Shown here piece after piece: positions 26,728 to 41,213 of a stretch of 64,000 bases of DNA (position 1 is the first letter of the stretch; the number at the start of each line of letters is the position of its first letter). The DNA comes from Eledone cirrhosa (taxonomy: Eukaryota): contig OZ024740.1 of assembly GCA_964016885.1 (NCBI GenBank), positions 54,002,001 to 54,066,000 of the forward strand, read 5' to 3'. Position numbers and translations under genes: made by a program. Below the pieces are notes generated by a model. It ran no database searches, had not been told where the DNA came from, and worked only from the letters and a program-made list of their open reading frames with translations.

Positions 26728-26730
<3 letters not shown>
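26281..26730 (+). mobile_element. Near-perfect palindromic element (about 170-bp arms) plus tail
   Basis: Arms 26281-26451 and 26470-26640; hammerheads at 26529-26594 (+) and 26326-26391 (-); tail 26641-26730 homologous to 24401-24487. Confidence 0.85.
26529..26594 (+). ncRNA. Type I hammerhead ribozyme
   Basis: TATTTTAT-CTGATGA-AGGCGCACCA...TGGTTGCCCTT-GAAA-TATGTATA-ACAAAATA. Confidence 0.75.
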
Positions 26731-26773
<43 letters not shown>

Positions 26774-26984
26774 AAAGGTAAACAGAAATAACAACACAAT
26801 CGGTACAGTATATGGAAGGTATATATTAGGTTAACGCTTGATATAGCAGGAAGAGTGTCTTAACATTTCGGACGCTAGTCCTTCATCAGAAGAAAGAATG
26901 AGAAATAAAATAGATTGAGGGGACGGGCGGGGTGGAATTGGAAAAAATGTCTTTAGATAAAAATAACAGGTCCATTCATGTTGA

Positions 26985-27110
<126 letters not shown>

Positions 27111-27254
27111 AGCTTAGCTTATCCAGTATGAAACTTCGTGTTATTTTAAATACGTGTATACAAACACACACGCGCGCGCACACACACTCACACATACACA
27201 CACGCACACATATATATATATAAAGAGAGAGAGAGAAAGAGAGAGAGAGAGAGG

Positions 27255-27317
<63 letters not shown>

Positions 27318-27329
27318 AAAAGTTAGTAT

Positions 27330-27600
27330 TTAAATCATTTTAATTCCTTAAATATGTTTCAAGAGAGTTGTACATTAAATTATTCGAATAATTTAATGTA
27401 CAATTCTCTTGAACATATGCAAAGAATTGAAAATGATGTGAAAGCTATTTGATTATATTTGCTCTGTATTTTTAACTCTAGTCTGACTTTCTAACACTTT
27501 CTCTCTAACAAAATCTACCCTTCCTTCAGCACAATGTAGTAGAGAAACACATTGAGCCTAACTCTAAAATGTGGCTAATATATACTATCACATATAATTC
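27330..27600 (+). repeat. Small palindrome (about 50-bp arms centred on TTCGAA near 27385) plus tail
   Basis: CAAGAGAGTTGTACATTAAATTATTCGAATAATTTAATGTACAATTCTCTTG. Confidence 0.55.
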
Positions 27601-27624
27601 TCTACATACATTTAAGTTTTATAT

Positions 27625-27961
27625 ATATATATATTTCGTTTCTGAATTTGTTTAGCAAGATTCTTTATCTGAAATCGTGTGTTGAAACCGATATTGTTAT
27701 ACTTTGGGAGGGTCATGTCTGAGGTCACAGAGTGTGTGACGAAAGGACTATGACTATATATATAAACAACTATCTGGTTGTGGAACCAACCAACCAACCA
27801 GAAATTTATAAGTTTGTAGATTTGTAAATTTATAAATTTATAAATATATAATAAATTGAAGTGAAAGCAACTGGTGCGTGTGTTTCTTATTGGCAACATG
27901 ACCCTCCCAAAGTATAACAATATATATATATACTTTTATTTTTGCTATATATATATATATA

Positions 27962-28040
<79 letters not shown>

Positions 28041-28074
28041 CGTGCGCGTTGTGTGTGTGTTGTGTGTGTGTGTG

Positions 28075-28121
<47 letters not shown>

Positions 28122-28740
28122 CAAATAAGAGTAGTTAAGACGGGATTAATTCACCATAATTGTTTATTGCATGGTATATATGTTACATGTTTATTTATCT
28201 GACATCATCAGATGCTTACGCAATCATAGCTGCAGTTATGCAATCACTGGATCGCTAGGAGCGCCTTTCCCTCAAGAAGGTACGAAATAACAACTACTTA
28301 TAAGCAACGTTCTTCTACAGCAATATATATATATACTTCGTTTTTGAATTTATTTTGCAAGATTACTTATCTGAAAACGTGTGTTGAAACAGATATTGTT
28401 ATACTTTGGGAGGGTCATGCTTCCAATAAAAACACACGTATCTTACGATTTTCACTTCAATTTATTATAAATTTCCGTGTGATTGGTTGGTTTGTTCGAT
28501 AATCTTAAGGTTGTTTATATGTTGTTAAAGCTCTTTCGTCACACATTCTGCGGTCTGCTCAATGACTAGGTTTTTATTTTGTTTCTCGCCTTTTTTCTGT
28601 CCTACACATCTTGATAACCTTCCCGTTATCGAACCAACCAACCAACCAGAAATTTATAATAAATTGAAGTGAATACCAACAGGTACGTGTGTATTTATTG
28701 GCAGCATGACCCTCTCAAACTGTAACAATATATATAACAC
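27625..28740 (-). mobile_element. Two fold-back elements of one family (27625-27925, 28335-28740); third copy at 37200-37505
   Basis: Shared arms ATATTGTTATACTTTGGGAGGGTCATG / CATGACCCTCCCAAAGTATAACAATAT and a shared left tail; partial hammerhead GTCAC...GTGAC-GAAA at 27725-27744. Confidence 0.7.
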
Positions 28741-28811
28741 ATGTCCATGTGTGTATATATATATATATGTGTATATATAATTGAATATATATATATAATT
28801 GCATAAATATA

Positions 28812-28874
<63 letters not shown>

Positions 28875-28879
<5 letters not shown>

Positions 28880-29089
28880 TTCAGCAATAATCGCATTTCG
28901 GCGTGTGGAAAAAGCGAAGCGAAACGGAAAATCAGAGTTATGCTGGCAGCCCCTCTATAGTTAAAAAAACAGAGCTAAACAATATGTTAAAACGCCATAC
29001 AAACTGAAAAAGTGGCCAAGAAGGCATTAACCACCTAAACCAAAAAGCAAGTCAAGCTAATCAGGTCAAACAAAATCTATGATAAAATC

Positions 29090-29126
<37 letters not shown>

Positions 29127-29600
29127 TATATAACCGACCTGGACCCATTGGAATTGATGGTAAAATCTAAATGCAGGGTTTCTATGACACCGAAATCAAT
29201 AATACTCTCTGTTTAAAACTATAAGCTTTTGTTACAATTTTCGAACACGGAATATCACGTTATCAACAGGTAGTTTGTTCTGCGCCAACTTTGTGGATGA
29301 CGCAGAGCTTTGTAAAAGCACATGCGTAACTAACAAGGTGAAAAACCCCCAGATTTTGGCAAATGAATTCAGTATGTGTAAATCATGCAACAAATTGCAT
29401 AAATAGCACAAGTCGAATAAGCACTCAACCGCGTAGTTTTAAAATAAACTTATACAATTAATCTGTCAATAGAATTCTTAACAGGTTAATACAAATATAA
29501 ATTCAGCGAGAATCGCATTTCAGCGGATAGAAGAAGCGAAACGAAACGCAAAATCAGAGTTATGCTGGCAAGTGCTCAATAGTTAAAAATCCAGAGCTAA
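28875..29600 (-). repeat. Partial tandem of an about 620-bp unit; relative of 37565-38377
   Basis: 28877-28980 is repeated at 29499-29602; diverged similarity to 37565-38377. Confidence 0.65.
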
Positions 29601-29720
<120 letters not shown>

Positions 29721-29846
29721 TGGGAGAGAGAGAAAGAGAGAGAGAGAGAGAGATGTCAACATGAATGGACCTGTTATTTTTATCTAAAGACATTTTTTCC
29801 AATTCCAGCCCGCCCGTCCCCTCAATCTATATTATTTCTCATTCTT

Positions 29847-29882
29847 TCTTCTGATGAAGGACTAGCGTCCGAAACATCAAGA
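29847..29882 (+). ncRNA. Minimal type I hammerhead (Penelope-type)
   Basis: TCTT-CTGATGA-A-GGAC-TAGC-GTCC-GAAA-CATC-AAGA; the minus copy at 26858-26893 reads GAAATGTT-AAGA (consensus GAAACGTY). Confidence 0.75.
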
Positions 29883-29966
29883 CCCTCTTCCTGCTATATC
29901 AAGTGTTAACCTAATATATCCCTTCCATATACTGTACCGATTGTGTTGTTATATCTGTTTACCTTT

Positions 29967-30019
<53 letters not shown>

Positions 30020-30229
30020 CATCACACACACACGCACATGTGCAAATAAACAAACAGACTGAAAAATTGTCCATCTTTATTTTTCTGTTAATGACCTTGC
30101 TCTACTTCTTTTTTGTGTTAATTGAGTTAGGGAAATTGTATGTATTTTAGTTTTTGGAGAATAATCCATGTTTTTGTAGAGTTTACTCCATTAAACAAAA
30201 TACGGCCTCAAAGAACTAGCTTTAATATA

Positions 30230-30447
30230 TTGGTTTCTGATTCAGAGATAAGGCCAACAATTTTGAGTAAGGGGAAAGTTGATTAAATCGACCCCAGTGC
30301 ATTAATGGTACTTTATTTATCGATCCTGAAATGAGGAAAGGTAAAGCTAACCTCTGCAGGACTTGAAATCAGATCGTAAAGAGCCGTAACCCTATGCCAT
30401 AAAGCGTGTTGTCCGACTCTCCAGTGATACTGCCAAACCTCCGCCCT
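30230..30447 (-). mobile_element. SINE family A
   Basis: Full head to tail; imperfect TSD TAG(C/T)TTTAATATATT. Confidence 0.8.
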
Positions 30448-33021
30448 AATTAGTTTTAATATATTAATTCCAGAATTGCTATTTCAAAACAAGGACACAG
30501 CCTTTTCTGGAGAGAAAATTAGTATACAGATGGGAATTCCCCACGTGGTCATCTTCCTCAATTCTTTGTAGAGAAAGCCGAGTATCCTGCCTATTGACAT
30601 AATGGAGTGAACTTACAGAAGCAACCGATGCGACACGTGTCCGCCCATGTGGGTGTGTGGACGAATCTCTACGCAGATTTTGTAACTGTTTAGCCTAACA
30701 TCAAAACATTGTTGAGCAGACCTATAATCAAATGTGTGACGTTATAGCCGTTTTGTATAATCTGCACTATATTGTCTATCGGGTCCTTTTATTTAATGCG
30801 ATTAGTTGTGAACCTCAAGTTTATAGCTCACCTTACGTGAAATAGCACCGAAATCTCCATTATATCAATCGTTACTCTATTAAACCTGAAAGTATACGAT
30901 ATATAATGTAGGACTAGTCTCTGCACATCTTAGATTTGACGGCATGGTTGTGTAACATATTTGATTATACGAGCTCAACAGAAACAATTGTAACAAAATA
31001 TCTATGATCCTACGATTTACCAATCCGGGTATTTCACCTCTTCATTAGAAAGATTACACTGATTTATATCACCATAGATCGAAGATATCCTCTGTATTGT
31101 CTATCCAATCAGAAATTAGATATCAAATGCTTAATACGAGTTTGAATGGTGGGTGTGTATGTGTGAATATCAGTGTGTTAATGTATGTGTGTGCGTGTGT
31201 GAGAGGGAGAGATATAGAGTGAGTGATGCAGTAAAAGTCAGATATGTAGAGATAATAGGGAGAATTAGTGGTTGAAAGAAGTGATTCCGTAAGTTCGACA
31301 ATTAAATTGTAAAAAATAATATCCTATTAGGAAGGGTACATCATTCTATCTTGTGAGCTATCATTAAATTATCAGTGCACTATTTGTTTCTTATATTCTC
31401 ACCTTCAGCTCCTGCACACTAACCATTAATCACCATCTCATGTTCTCCAGATACAATCGTTATCAGCAAATAGATGACATAAAAAGAAATCTTATCTCTA
31501 TCACAAACTATTAAGTTCTATTAACTTGCATTTGGATTTCTGCTGATTAAAGTGAATCATTTCACCCTAAAGTAATTTGTATTCCTATTATTGGGTTTTA
31601 GAAAAAGAAAATACCATTTCAATCTAACTCTCGTTATTTCGTACGTGAAAAAGAATATTTCAATTCTATACAACTGTTAAGTCTGTGTAGAGAATAACCA
31701 GGCGCTAATATACCTTCATTTGTCCAATGCAAGCAATCATGCATTCACTCTTCCATATCATAATTTCAATGTAGAGCTAGAGTCTAAAGATGTGTACGTT
31801 CCTGCGTGCGTGTGTGCGTGTGTGCGTGTGTGTCTGTATGTATTGATGAATGGATGGATGGATCAATTCTGGGAAAGCATCTGTTTAAGCTGGTCTCCCT
31901 GTTGAACTGTTAAAAAGTGAATGTAAGAAGGTATCGCCTGCTGTATATGATCTCATTATCAAGGCCTGCACTCCTTGCCTCCGGGTGATTAGACTGCAAT
32001 CATTTTAATGTGCGCTTTCGAGGTAACGGAGATAAAGGAAATGGATGGCCACTACCGTGGCATAACTCTGTTTGAATATTTTGCAGTGATGAACCCCACT
32101 AAACCCGACCAACCGGTCATTTATTGAAGCATATAATGTTAAGAAATACAGTATGCAAATATCCTTCGTTTTTTTTAGACAGTTGAGTGTGCTTAGAGGA
32201 AGTCTTAATTTCTGTGTCTATCAGAGAGTCCTACTAAGTGATGGTTTCCTCGGTGATATTAACATATCTCTAATGTATAGTGACGAAATCAGCAATAGTG
32301 CTATTGAGGCGACATCTAGAATGGTGTTCCTGAACTTGTTAGCTAAAACTTCGAAATGACACTCTGAAAACACACTCTGAAAACACATCTTAAAATAGCA
32401 ACATATATTTTAAGATGATCTAGTGCTAAATATATATTTAAAAGGAACGTGCTAGTGATTGTTGGAACATATTTATCATATGTGATAAATTATTGCTGGC
32501 CTGGTGATAACCAACGACAACTGAATCCAGTATAGTATTGGTACTAGAACAACAGGTTATTACTTACCAATGCTCTGTGTAGTCCGTTGTCGGTTTTTAT
32601 ACACTTGTTTCCTTTTCATATAGCCATTTTACAAATTGTATTTTTATACGGATTTTCTCAGTATTTTTTTTGACGCATTATATAATTATTTCATGAAATA
32701 TTTTTACAATATATTTTTGGCACCAGATGGGGTCCATTCATTTATCATTTTCTTCTTATTAATTGATGACAACCATTTAAAGATGCCTTAATTACTGACA
32801 TCTTATATGCTGTTTTAAAACATTCAATAATTAATGTAATTTTATCTATTGCCAAAGACCATTTCACTAATTACAATTTCTGTTGTCATCGCCGTCATCG
32901 ACGACATTTTTGTAGTTAGGTTTTTAGCTAAAGTGTTTTTAATTCTTATTTCATATTCTGCCTGAAAACATTAGAATAGTTTAATAAATATTGGTGTTTA
33001 ATTGCTTTGTGTGTATGACTG

Positions 33022-33220
<199 letters not shown>

Positions 33221-33223
33221 GTA

Positions 33224-33282
<59 letters not shown>

Positions 33283-33352
33283 ATATATATATTTATTAGT
33301 CTTCACATTTATTATTATTACTATATATATATAGAGAGAGATATATAGATAT

Positions 33353-33545
33353 AAGGGCGGTGGATTGGCAGTTTCGGTAGCATTGAGTTACGGCGCTTTA
33401 TGATCTGAGTTCAAATCCCGCCGAGGTTAACTTTGCCTTTCATCCTTACCGGGTCGATAAAATAAAGTACCAGTAATGCACTGGGTTGATTTAATCGACT
33501 TTACCCCCCAAAAAATTGCTGGCCTTATGCCTATATAAGAAACCA
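33353..33545 (+). mobile_element. SINE family A (5'-truncated copy also at 33835-33970)
   Basis: AAGGGCGGTGGATTGGCAG...GTTCAAATCCCGCCGAGG...GGCCTTATGCC. Confidence 0.85.
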
Positions 33546-34425
33546 TTATTACTATATATATATTTGTATATATGTATGTATATATATATATACATGTATA
33601 TATGTTTAAATTTATATGTATATATATATATATGTATATTATATATATATTTATATATACACATACGATACACAAACACACACAGACACACTCACATGCA
33701 TATATATATAAGTGTGTTTGTATGTAAATGTGTGAGGGAGTTGGAATATATATCGGTGTGTATATAGGCGGAGGTATATGTGGTATTTATGTTGTTTCCT
33801 CTGTTGTTATATATTTATTATCATTACCATGGCAAGTTACGGCCCTCGCCATTCTGAGTTCAAATTCCGCCGAGGTTAACTTTGCCTTTCATCCTTACCG
33901 GTTCGATAAAATAAAGTACCAGTAATGCACTGGGTATTTGCTGGCCTTGTGGCAAAAGTAGAAACAATTAATTACATTATAATTGCTATTGTTAATATTG
34001 TTAGTGTGGCTGTCTTATTTCAATTGATTGTATTTTACATTATTTTCACGTTATTAATGTAGTTAATGTGGCTGCTTGTTCGTTGTTAATTTGTTGCTTA
34101 AAATTTGTCGTGGTTGGTGCTTTGAATGTGGTAACTGACTCACATAGTATCCCACTCTTCTTCTTCTTCTTCTTCTTGCAATATAGATAATTTCTTGGAT
34201 TTTAGGTAGTGAAACTGCAATAAGAGGGAATATATTCGTTAAGCACTGGGTATTTAGAAAGCTTAACAGTGAATTTTACTTCAGGGATGATATACGTATG
34301 GGGTTTCCTTATTTTAAGGTACTCTAATGCTCTCATGTGATCTTCACTATAGTCAAATCTAAGTCTTATTTGAGATAGATCAATGTATATATGTATATCC
34401 ATATATATATGTGAGTGTTTAATCA

Positions 34426-34618
<193 letters not shown>

Positions 34619-34760
34619 TAAAGTGTTAAACGATATTCAATGATTATGTCAAATAATGAGTTTCACAGTAGATTGGAAGCACTCTACGAGAAAATAATTT
34701 TCTGGAGTTATTAATATTAAATCTTAACCATTTAACATCTCAGGGTATGTCATGTATCAT

Positions 34761-34819
34761 TATATTTTGTCTGATGAGGACGTACTGTTGTACATCCGAA
34801 ATATGTATAATAAAATGTA
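34761..34819 (+). ncRNA. Type I hammerhead ribozyme
   Basis: TATATTTTGT-CTGATGA-GGACGTAC-TGTT-GTACATCC-GAAA-TATGTATA-ATAAAATGTA (10-bp stem I with G-U pairs), inside the (TA)n-flanked insert 34620-34860. Confidence 0.8.
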
Positions 34820-34855
34820 ATTGATCAAAAGAACATCTATTTTATTAATATTTAT

Positions 34856-34918
<63 letters not shown>

Positions 34919-34919
34919 A

Positions 34920-36180
34920 GATCAAAAGATGGTTAAAAGAGTTCCATGTATTTTATTATGCGCATTTCAAAAACAAATATCATCATGCAATAACATTTGC
35001 GTTTTCGTCAGATAAAATAGTGAGACATGATATGAAGGTTAAAATACACTTGTGAATAGTGCAGTTTTAAATCAACATATGAAAAGTAGTTTTAGATTGA
35101 TGTGTGATATTGGGAAAACATTATTTTTAGAGGAGGGGGCAGGTTGGAAAGGATGAAAAAGAGGAGGAGATGAGAGTAAAAAGTGGAGGGGGTTGAGTAT
35201 AATGAGGAAGGATGAGATAGGAGGAGAGATGGGTGATAGAGAGAGAGAGATAGCTTTTATAACTGAGAAAAAATATATTGTTTTATATAGAGAGGTTGAA
35301 AAACCGTTGGAAGATAATATATAAATTAAAAGAATTTGAAAATTAACGAAGAGAAAAATAATGTTAAGTTAAGGTTTGTATATTGAAGGGTTTAATAATA
35401 TGTGCGATGGAAAGAAATTGTTGATATGTATTATTAAAAAAAAAAAAAAAATATAGCAATAGTAATGTAAGTAAGGATATATTGTGAAAGAAGTAGAAGA
35501 TAGGATGAATAAGTTAGATGAGCATGAAAGGGAGAAAAAAATAATGAATTGAGGATGAATAATCTAACGTCAAAAAAATGTTTATGTTTACGAAGGATTT
35601 TTTCAAGGTGATATAAAGTAAGAATATATTGTGCTGAGTAATAATTGTTTCTACGTTAGGCACAATGATAATTGAGAAGTATCTAGGAAGAAAAGGTACA
35701 GATTTAGGGGTTAGAAATTAAAAGAAAAGAAAAAGAAAAAAAGAAGAGAAAGGAAAAAGAAAGAAAGGGAAGTGATAAATAGGAGTGATATAGAATGAGT
35801 AACTAGTATTCTATAATGTATAATAAATAACTTTGAAATAAGGTAGAAAGATGGGTATATTTTTAAAGAAATATATATGTATATATATATATATATGTGC
35901 CTTTGAGAAAAGGATATTAAATTGATAAAGTATTAGATATTAGCTGTATACTTTATGGAATGTTCTGTGGAATTTATGCAAGCAGAGAGAAAACAAGTCA
36001 GTGCGTCTATTTATTGTAGAATCTAAATTAGATATAATGGTAAATTTTTCACTTAAACAGATATTGCATGTCTGTGATAGAGAACTGTTCAAGAAGAAAC
36101 CTTTTTCATATGGTCCTTGAAAGACAAAAATATTAAATATAACATCTCTTGGAAAAAGGTTTCTTCTGGTTATCCATACT
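34920..36180 (-). mobile_element. 3' part of a Naiad-like PLE: endonuclease C-terminus, 3' UTR, hammerhead
   Basis: TCNICLSEKFTII...TINRRTDLFSLCLHK (C..C..EK, LN.R...C.H motif) ending at 35940; hammerhead at 34949-35019. Confidence 0.75.
34949..35019 (-). ncRNA. Type I hammerhead ribozyme
   Basis: Reverse complement TATTTTAT-CTGACGA-AAACGCAAATGTTAT...ATATTTGTTTTT-GAAA-TGCGCATA-ATAAAATA. Confidence 0.75.
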
Positions 36181-36214
36181 AAGTTCCCAGGCAATACGTG
36201 GACACAAGGAACTC

Positions 36215-37158
36215 TAACCTCAGTGTCACGTGATTGATTCTTTAGAATTTGCCACTGACCAAGTAGGCAGTGAATTTTTTTAGTGTCCTGGAATTTAGTC
36301 CCCGCTCGCTTTTTTCCATCCACTGAATTATTTTTATATGAGTTCCTTGTGTCCACGCATTGTCTGGGAACTTAGCTGAGAATAGACTCCCTGATGACGT
36401 AAGGATTTCTGTATGGTGCGTTGCGTAACCATATGTATTCCATTACAGAAACTAATTAGTTGGAGTGAAAATTTTAGTAAGTTAATTAAAAAAATTTTCT
36501 TATTTTACGTCTTTCATATAATTGTTCTGCATCCCCTTGCATAGAACCCCAAAGTTACTAAAACATAACATATATATTTGCTAGCATAGGTATACATCTG
36601 TATACATATGTTGGTAGATATACTAATTCTTTATATTTATCTCCAAATTATTTGTTGAGCAAAACTTGCCGAAATTACTGCTATGGTTCATGGTAGTAGT
36701 TAGGCTCTTGTCTTATTACCACTCCACTCCTCACTGATTAACCTCAGTGTCACGTGATTGATTCTTTAGAATTTGCCACTGACCAAGTAGGCAGTGAATT
36801 TTTTCAGTGTCCTGGAATTTAGTCCCCGGTCGCTTTTTTCCATCCACTGAATTATTTTTATATGAGTTCCTTGTGTCCACGCATTGTCTGGGAACTTAGC
36901 TGAGAATAGACTCCCTGATGACGTAAGGATTTCTCTATGGGTGCGTTGCGTAACCATATGTATTCCCTTACAGAAACTAATTAGTTGGAGTGAACATTTT
37001 AGGAAGTAAGTTAATTTTAAAAATTTTCTTATTTTACGTCTTTCATATAACTGTTCTGCATCCCCTTGCATAGAACCACAAAGTTACTAAGACAACATAT
37101 ATATTTGCTAGCATAGGTATACATCTGTATACATATGTTGGTAGATATACTAATTCTT

Positions 37159-37159
<1 letters not shown>
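36215..37159 (+). repeat. 1.8 tandem copies of a 524-bp unit, each with a hammerhead (retrozyme-like)
   Basis: AACCTCAGTGTCACGTG at 36216 and 36740; hammerheads at 36386-36466 and 36910-36991. Confidence 0.85.
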
Positions 37160-37209
<50 letters not shown>

Positions 37210-37499
37210 ATACTTTGTGAGGGTAATGTGCCAATAAGAATATACGCACCTACTGGTTATCAATTCAATTTATTATACATTTCCGTTTGGCTGGTTGGTT
37301 CGATAACTGGATGGTTGTTTATATGTTATCAAGAAGGTAGGACAGAACAAATGGGGGACACAAATTAAAAAGCTAGTCAATGAGGAGGTCACAGAAAAAG
37401 CTTCGAAAATATATATACAACCATCCGGTTATCGAACCAAACAATCAACCGGGAATTTATAGTAAATTGAAGTGAAAACTAAGTGCTGCTCCCAAAGTA

Positions 37500-37564
<65 letters not shown>

Positions 37565-37569
<5 letters not shown>

Positions 37570-38377
37570 TAAATTAGCGAGAATCGTTTTTAGCTCAGGA
37601 ATTAACGAAAATCAACGTCCGATATGTGTGGCAACCGCTCGATGATTCATGTGAATCAGAGCTACAACATACGTTAAGGGCCAAACACACTGAGATGATG
37701 GTTAAACATATCATCCGCACAGCCAAAACAAACGACCAATTAATTCGGGTCAAACAATAAAAATATATGTGTTGATACTTTCCCGGACCCTGGACTGATG
37801 GTAAAATCCAGTATTGGTTTCTGCGACTCCAAAATCAGGTACTGTCGGCCTACATAAAGAATGTTGGGCTTCTGTTGAGATGATGAACAAGGAAGTCGAG
37901 TTATCAACGGGTTTTGCTCCAAAATGCTATAGATATTGTGGCTATTACTGACCCCACGTGGGTTTCAGCAAGGGAAGCAACACCTCTATTAGGCGAATGA
38001 TTCAGTTGCGTATAATATTGCGAGAATGCAAAATATCACAAATCGAATAAAGCTCTCGACAGAATGGTTAAATATAACAGAGCCATTCAACAGTCAATAG
38101 AAGTAACTAAAAAAATCAATAAAATTAACTGCTCAATAGCTAGACTCCGGAGATTAATACAAATATAAATTAGCGAGAATCGTTTTCAGCTCAGGAATTA
38201 ACGAAAATCAACGTCCGATATGTGTGGCAAGCGCTCGATGATTCATGTGAATCAGAGCTACAACATACGTTAAGGGCCAAACACACTGAGATGATGGTTA
38301 AACATATTATCCGCACAGCCAAAACAAACGACCAAGTAATTCGGGTCAAACAATAAAAATATATGTGTTGATACTTT
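37565..38377 (-). repeat. Partial tandem of an about 596-bp unit (about 215-bp direct repeats)
   Basis: 37565-37780 is nearly identical to 38161-38377; (TA)n flanks. Confidence 0.8.
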
Positions 38378-38636
38378 ATATATATATGTATAAACTTTAT
38401 ATATATATGTATAAACAACACAGTATGATTATTCCATTACCAAAGGTTTCAAGAAACGTCTGGCATCATCATCAACTAAAATAGTTATGTTTTCGATATA
38501 AGTTTTGAAATTAATATCTATTAAAAATGAAAGTGCGCGTGAGTTAAAATAACATTTTATAACGGAGAAAAACTATACATACACACATACAAATATAGAT
38601 AAACGTACGCAAACACACACACGAACAAACGCAGAT

Positions 38637-38754
<118 letters not shown>

Positions 38755-38848
38755 GCACACACATACATATACACAATATACTTCCATACATATACGTACA
38801 TAAATATATACATACACACATACATATATATACACATTCACATACACC

Positions 38849-38891
<43 letters not shown>

Positions 38892-38904
38892 ACACACACA
38901 CACA

Positions 38905-38976
<72 letters not shown>

Positions 38977-39000
38977 TGTGTGTGTGTGCACACACACACA

Positions 39001-39078
<78 letters not shown>

Positions 39079-39515
39079 GGAGAGAAAGACGATTATTAGG
39101 AAGAAAATATATTTTTTTCCGTTATTTTTTTCTTTTTCTTGGTTAGAAAATGTTTAAAACAAATTATTTTACTTTCTGTGGAGTATCAAAATATTAATTT
39201 ATTTAATTATTAATTAACAATAGATTTAATTAATGTATTTATCAATTTATTTATTTAATAATGAACAATTACTGGTTTCAGCATTTTATGCATTTTCAAA
39301 TTATGTGAGTGAGAGAGAAAAAAACGGATTTGTGTTTGTACAAGGTCAATTCAAGTTGACATCTCTTGTAAAACTGTTGGTGCTGGCGTTTTGTGTATGA
39401 TTTTCTTTTTAGAAAAGTGGATGATGGCAGGCGTCTACCTGAAATGGAAAAAAAAACCGTTTTGTAAAGCTATACTTGAACACGTGCGTAAGCATGAGTT
39501 AGTGTGTGTGTGTGT

Positions 39516-39552
<37 letters not shown>

Positions 39553-39759
39553 ATTATAAGAAGCTAAGAAGAAATGTGTGTATATATGTGAGTAAAATGG
39601 TGTGTGTGCATGTAAGTACGAGGCTATGAAAAAAAGTATGTTAATATAAGGGTGTGTACCAGCATGTATTAGTAGTAAGAGAAGCTGCTAATGATCAAGA
39701 GAAAGCGCTAGGAATCAAGGGGTGTGACAATGGACGGGGTATTAGAGAAATTGGGGAGG

Positions 39760-41213
39760 TGAGTTGAGTCCAAGAGGGGAATAGGACCCAAGACGGTGAA
39801 TCAGACTTTGTTCAGTCCTGGTGCGCGACGTCCGTGATCCATGATGTAAAAGGACACCCAGGACTGAAACATGTAGGGGAGAATGACCAGAACAGAAATG
39901 GCGGGCGACAGGAGTATCCAAACCGTGTCGTATCTACCTCAAATGTTCGGCAAAACGGTCCGCCATACGGCGTCCCGTTTGTCCGTTATATAAAGACCCG
40001 CAAAGGGAACACTGGAGGGCTTAGACGATGTGTGTGGATGTGCAGGTGAAGGAATGGCGCATACGGAAAGACCCGTTAGGGCTTGTAAGAGTGATGAGGG
40101 TGGAAATAAAGGGAAAAGTGTTGCAGCGAGAACGGGAACAAGGATGAGAGCCGGGTAGAGTCGTGGGAGAGGACGAAAAAGAACTGCGAACCAAGGGAGG
40201 TGGTGGAGGTTTCGGGCGCGCTTAAAAACAGTAATGGGTGGGTTTGGAAAAAAGCGAGAAGTGACGGGGTCAGAAGATAGGATACGGAAGGAACGGAGGA
40301 TATGTCACCGGAGTAGTAGGGTTATGGGGTGGTAGGTGAGAGGGAAAGGAACACGGGTGTAGGGAGGCGGGGGTGAGGGGAAAGGGCTGTGGTGCAGTCT
40401 GTTTCACGGGCGCGGATGAGCGCAGCTTGGATCAAGGTGGAGGGATATCCACGCTGGATGAAGCAGGAAGCCATGCGAAGGGAATGGGTTTCGAAATCAT
40501 CGTCCAGGCTACAGAGTCGACGAAGACGGAGGAATTGGGAATAGGCTATGGAGTGTTTGGTGTGGGTTGGATGGGAGAAGGTGACGTCGAGATAAGATTG
40601 GGAGTCTGTTGGTTTAATGTAGATGGCAGTAGAGAGGGTGTGGTGAGAGAGATAAATAGATAGAGAGATATCTAGATAAGCGACAGAAGAATCGGAGACA
40701 GAGGCGGTGAAATTGAGAGCAGGATGGAAAGATTGGACAAAAGAAAGAAAACAGTCGAGCTGTTCTCGTGATAGAGAGGTGGCGCCGATACAGTCGTCGA
40801 TATAACGACCGTATAGCTCAGGAGTCGGTCCAGCGTACTGGGAGAAGATCAGGGCTTCGACGTAGCCAACAAACAAGTTGGCATAGTTTGGACCCATTCT
40901 GGTCCCCATCGCTACCCCAGAGACCTGCTGGTAAAATTCACCCGAAAAAGAAAATCCATTAAGGGTGAGAACAAGCTCAGCCAGACGAAGAAGAGTGGTA
41001 GTGCTGGGGTAAGGGTAGGGCGTCAATCTAAAAAATGCTGGAGAGCGCGGAGGACGTCATCATGAGGGATGACGGTATAGAGAGAAGTGATGTCCTGGGT
41101 AAAGAGAAGGCGGGAGGGACCGGGAGTGAAGGAGAAAGAGTTGAAAAGTCTAAGGGCATGCTTTGTATCGTGGATGTGGGAGTGGAGATTGCCGACCAAA
41201 GGGGCGAGGATGG
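39760..41213 (-). pseudogene. PLE reverse transcriptase plus GIY-YIG (Neptune-type CxxC)
   Basis: DITSLYTVIPH, GVAMGTRMGPNYANLFVG, RYIDD, SQFLRLRRLCS; manual translation FTCTSTHIV*ALQCSLCGSLYI / GQTGRRMADRFAEH, PLGLN. Confidence 0.9.

Noticed and set aside
28140-28230. Hammerhead at minus-strand CTGATGA near 28215
   Set aside because: No GAAA or paired stems at suitable spacing.
32200-32965. Possible minus-strand exons (acceptors near 32962 and 32363, donor near 32567)
   Set aside because: No consistent open frame across them and no recognisable protein.
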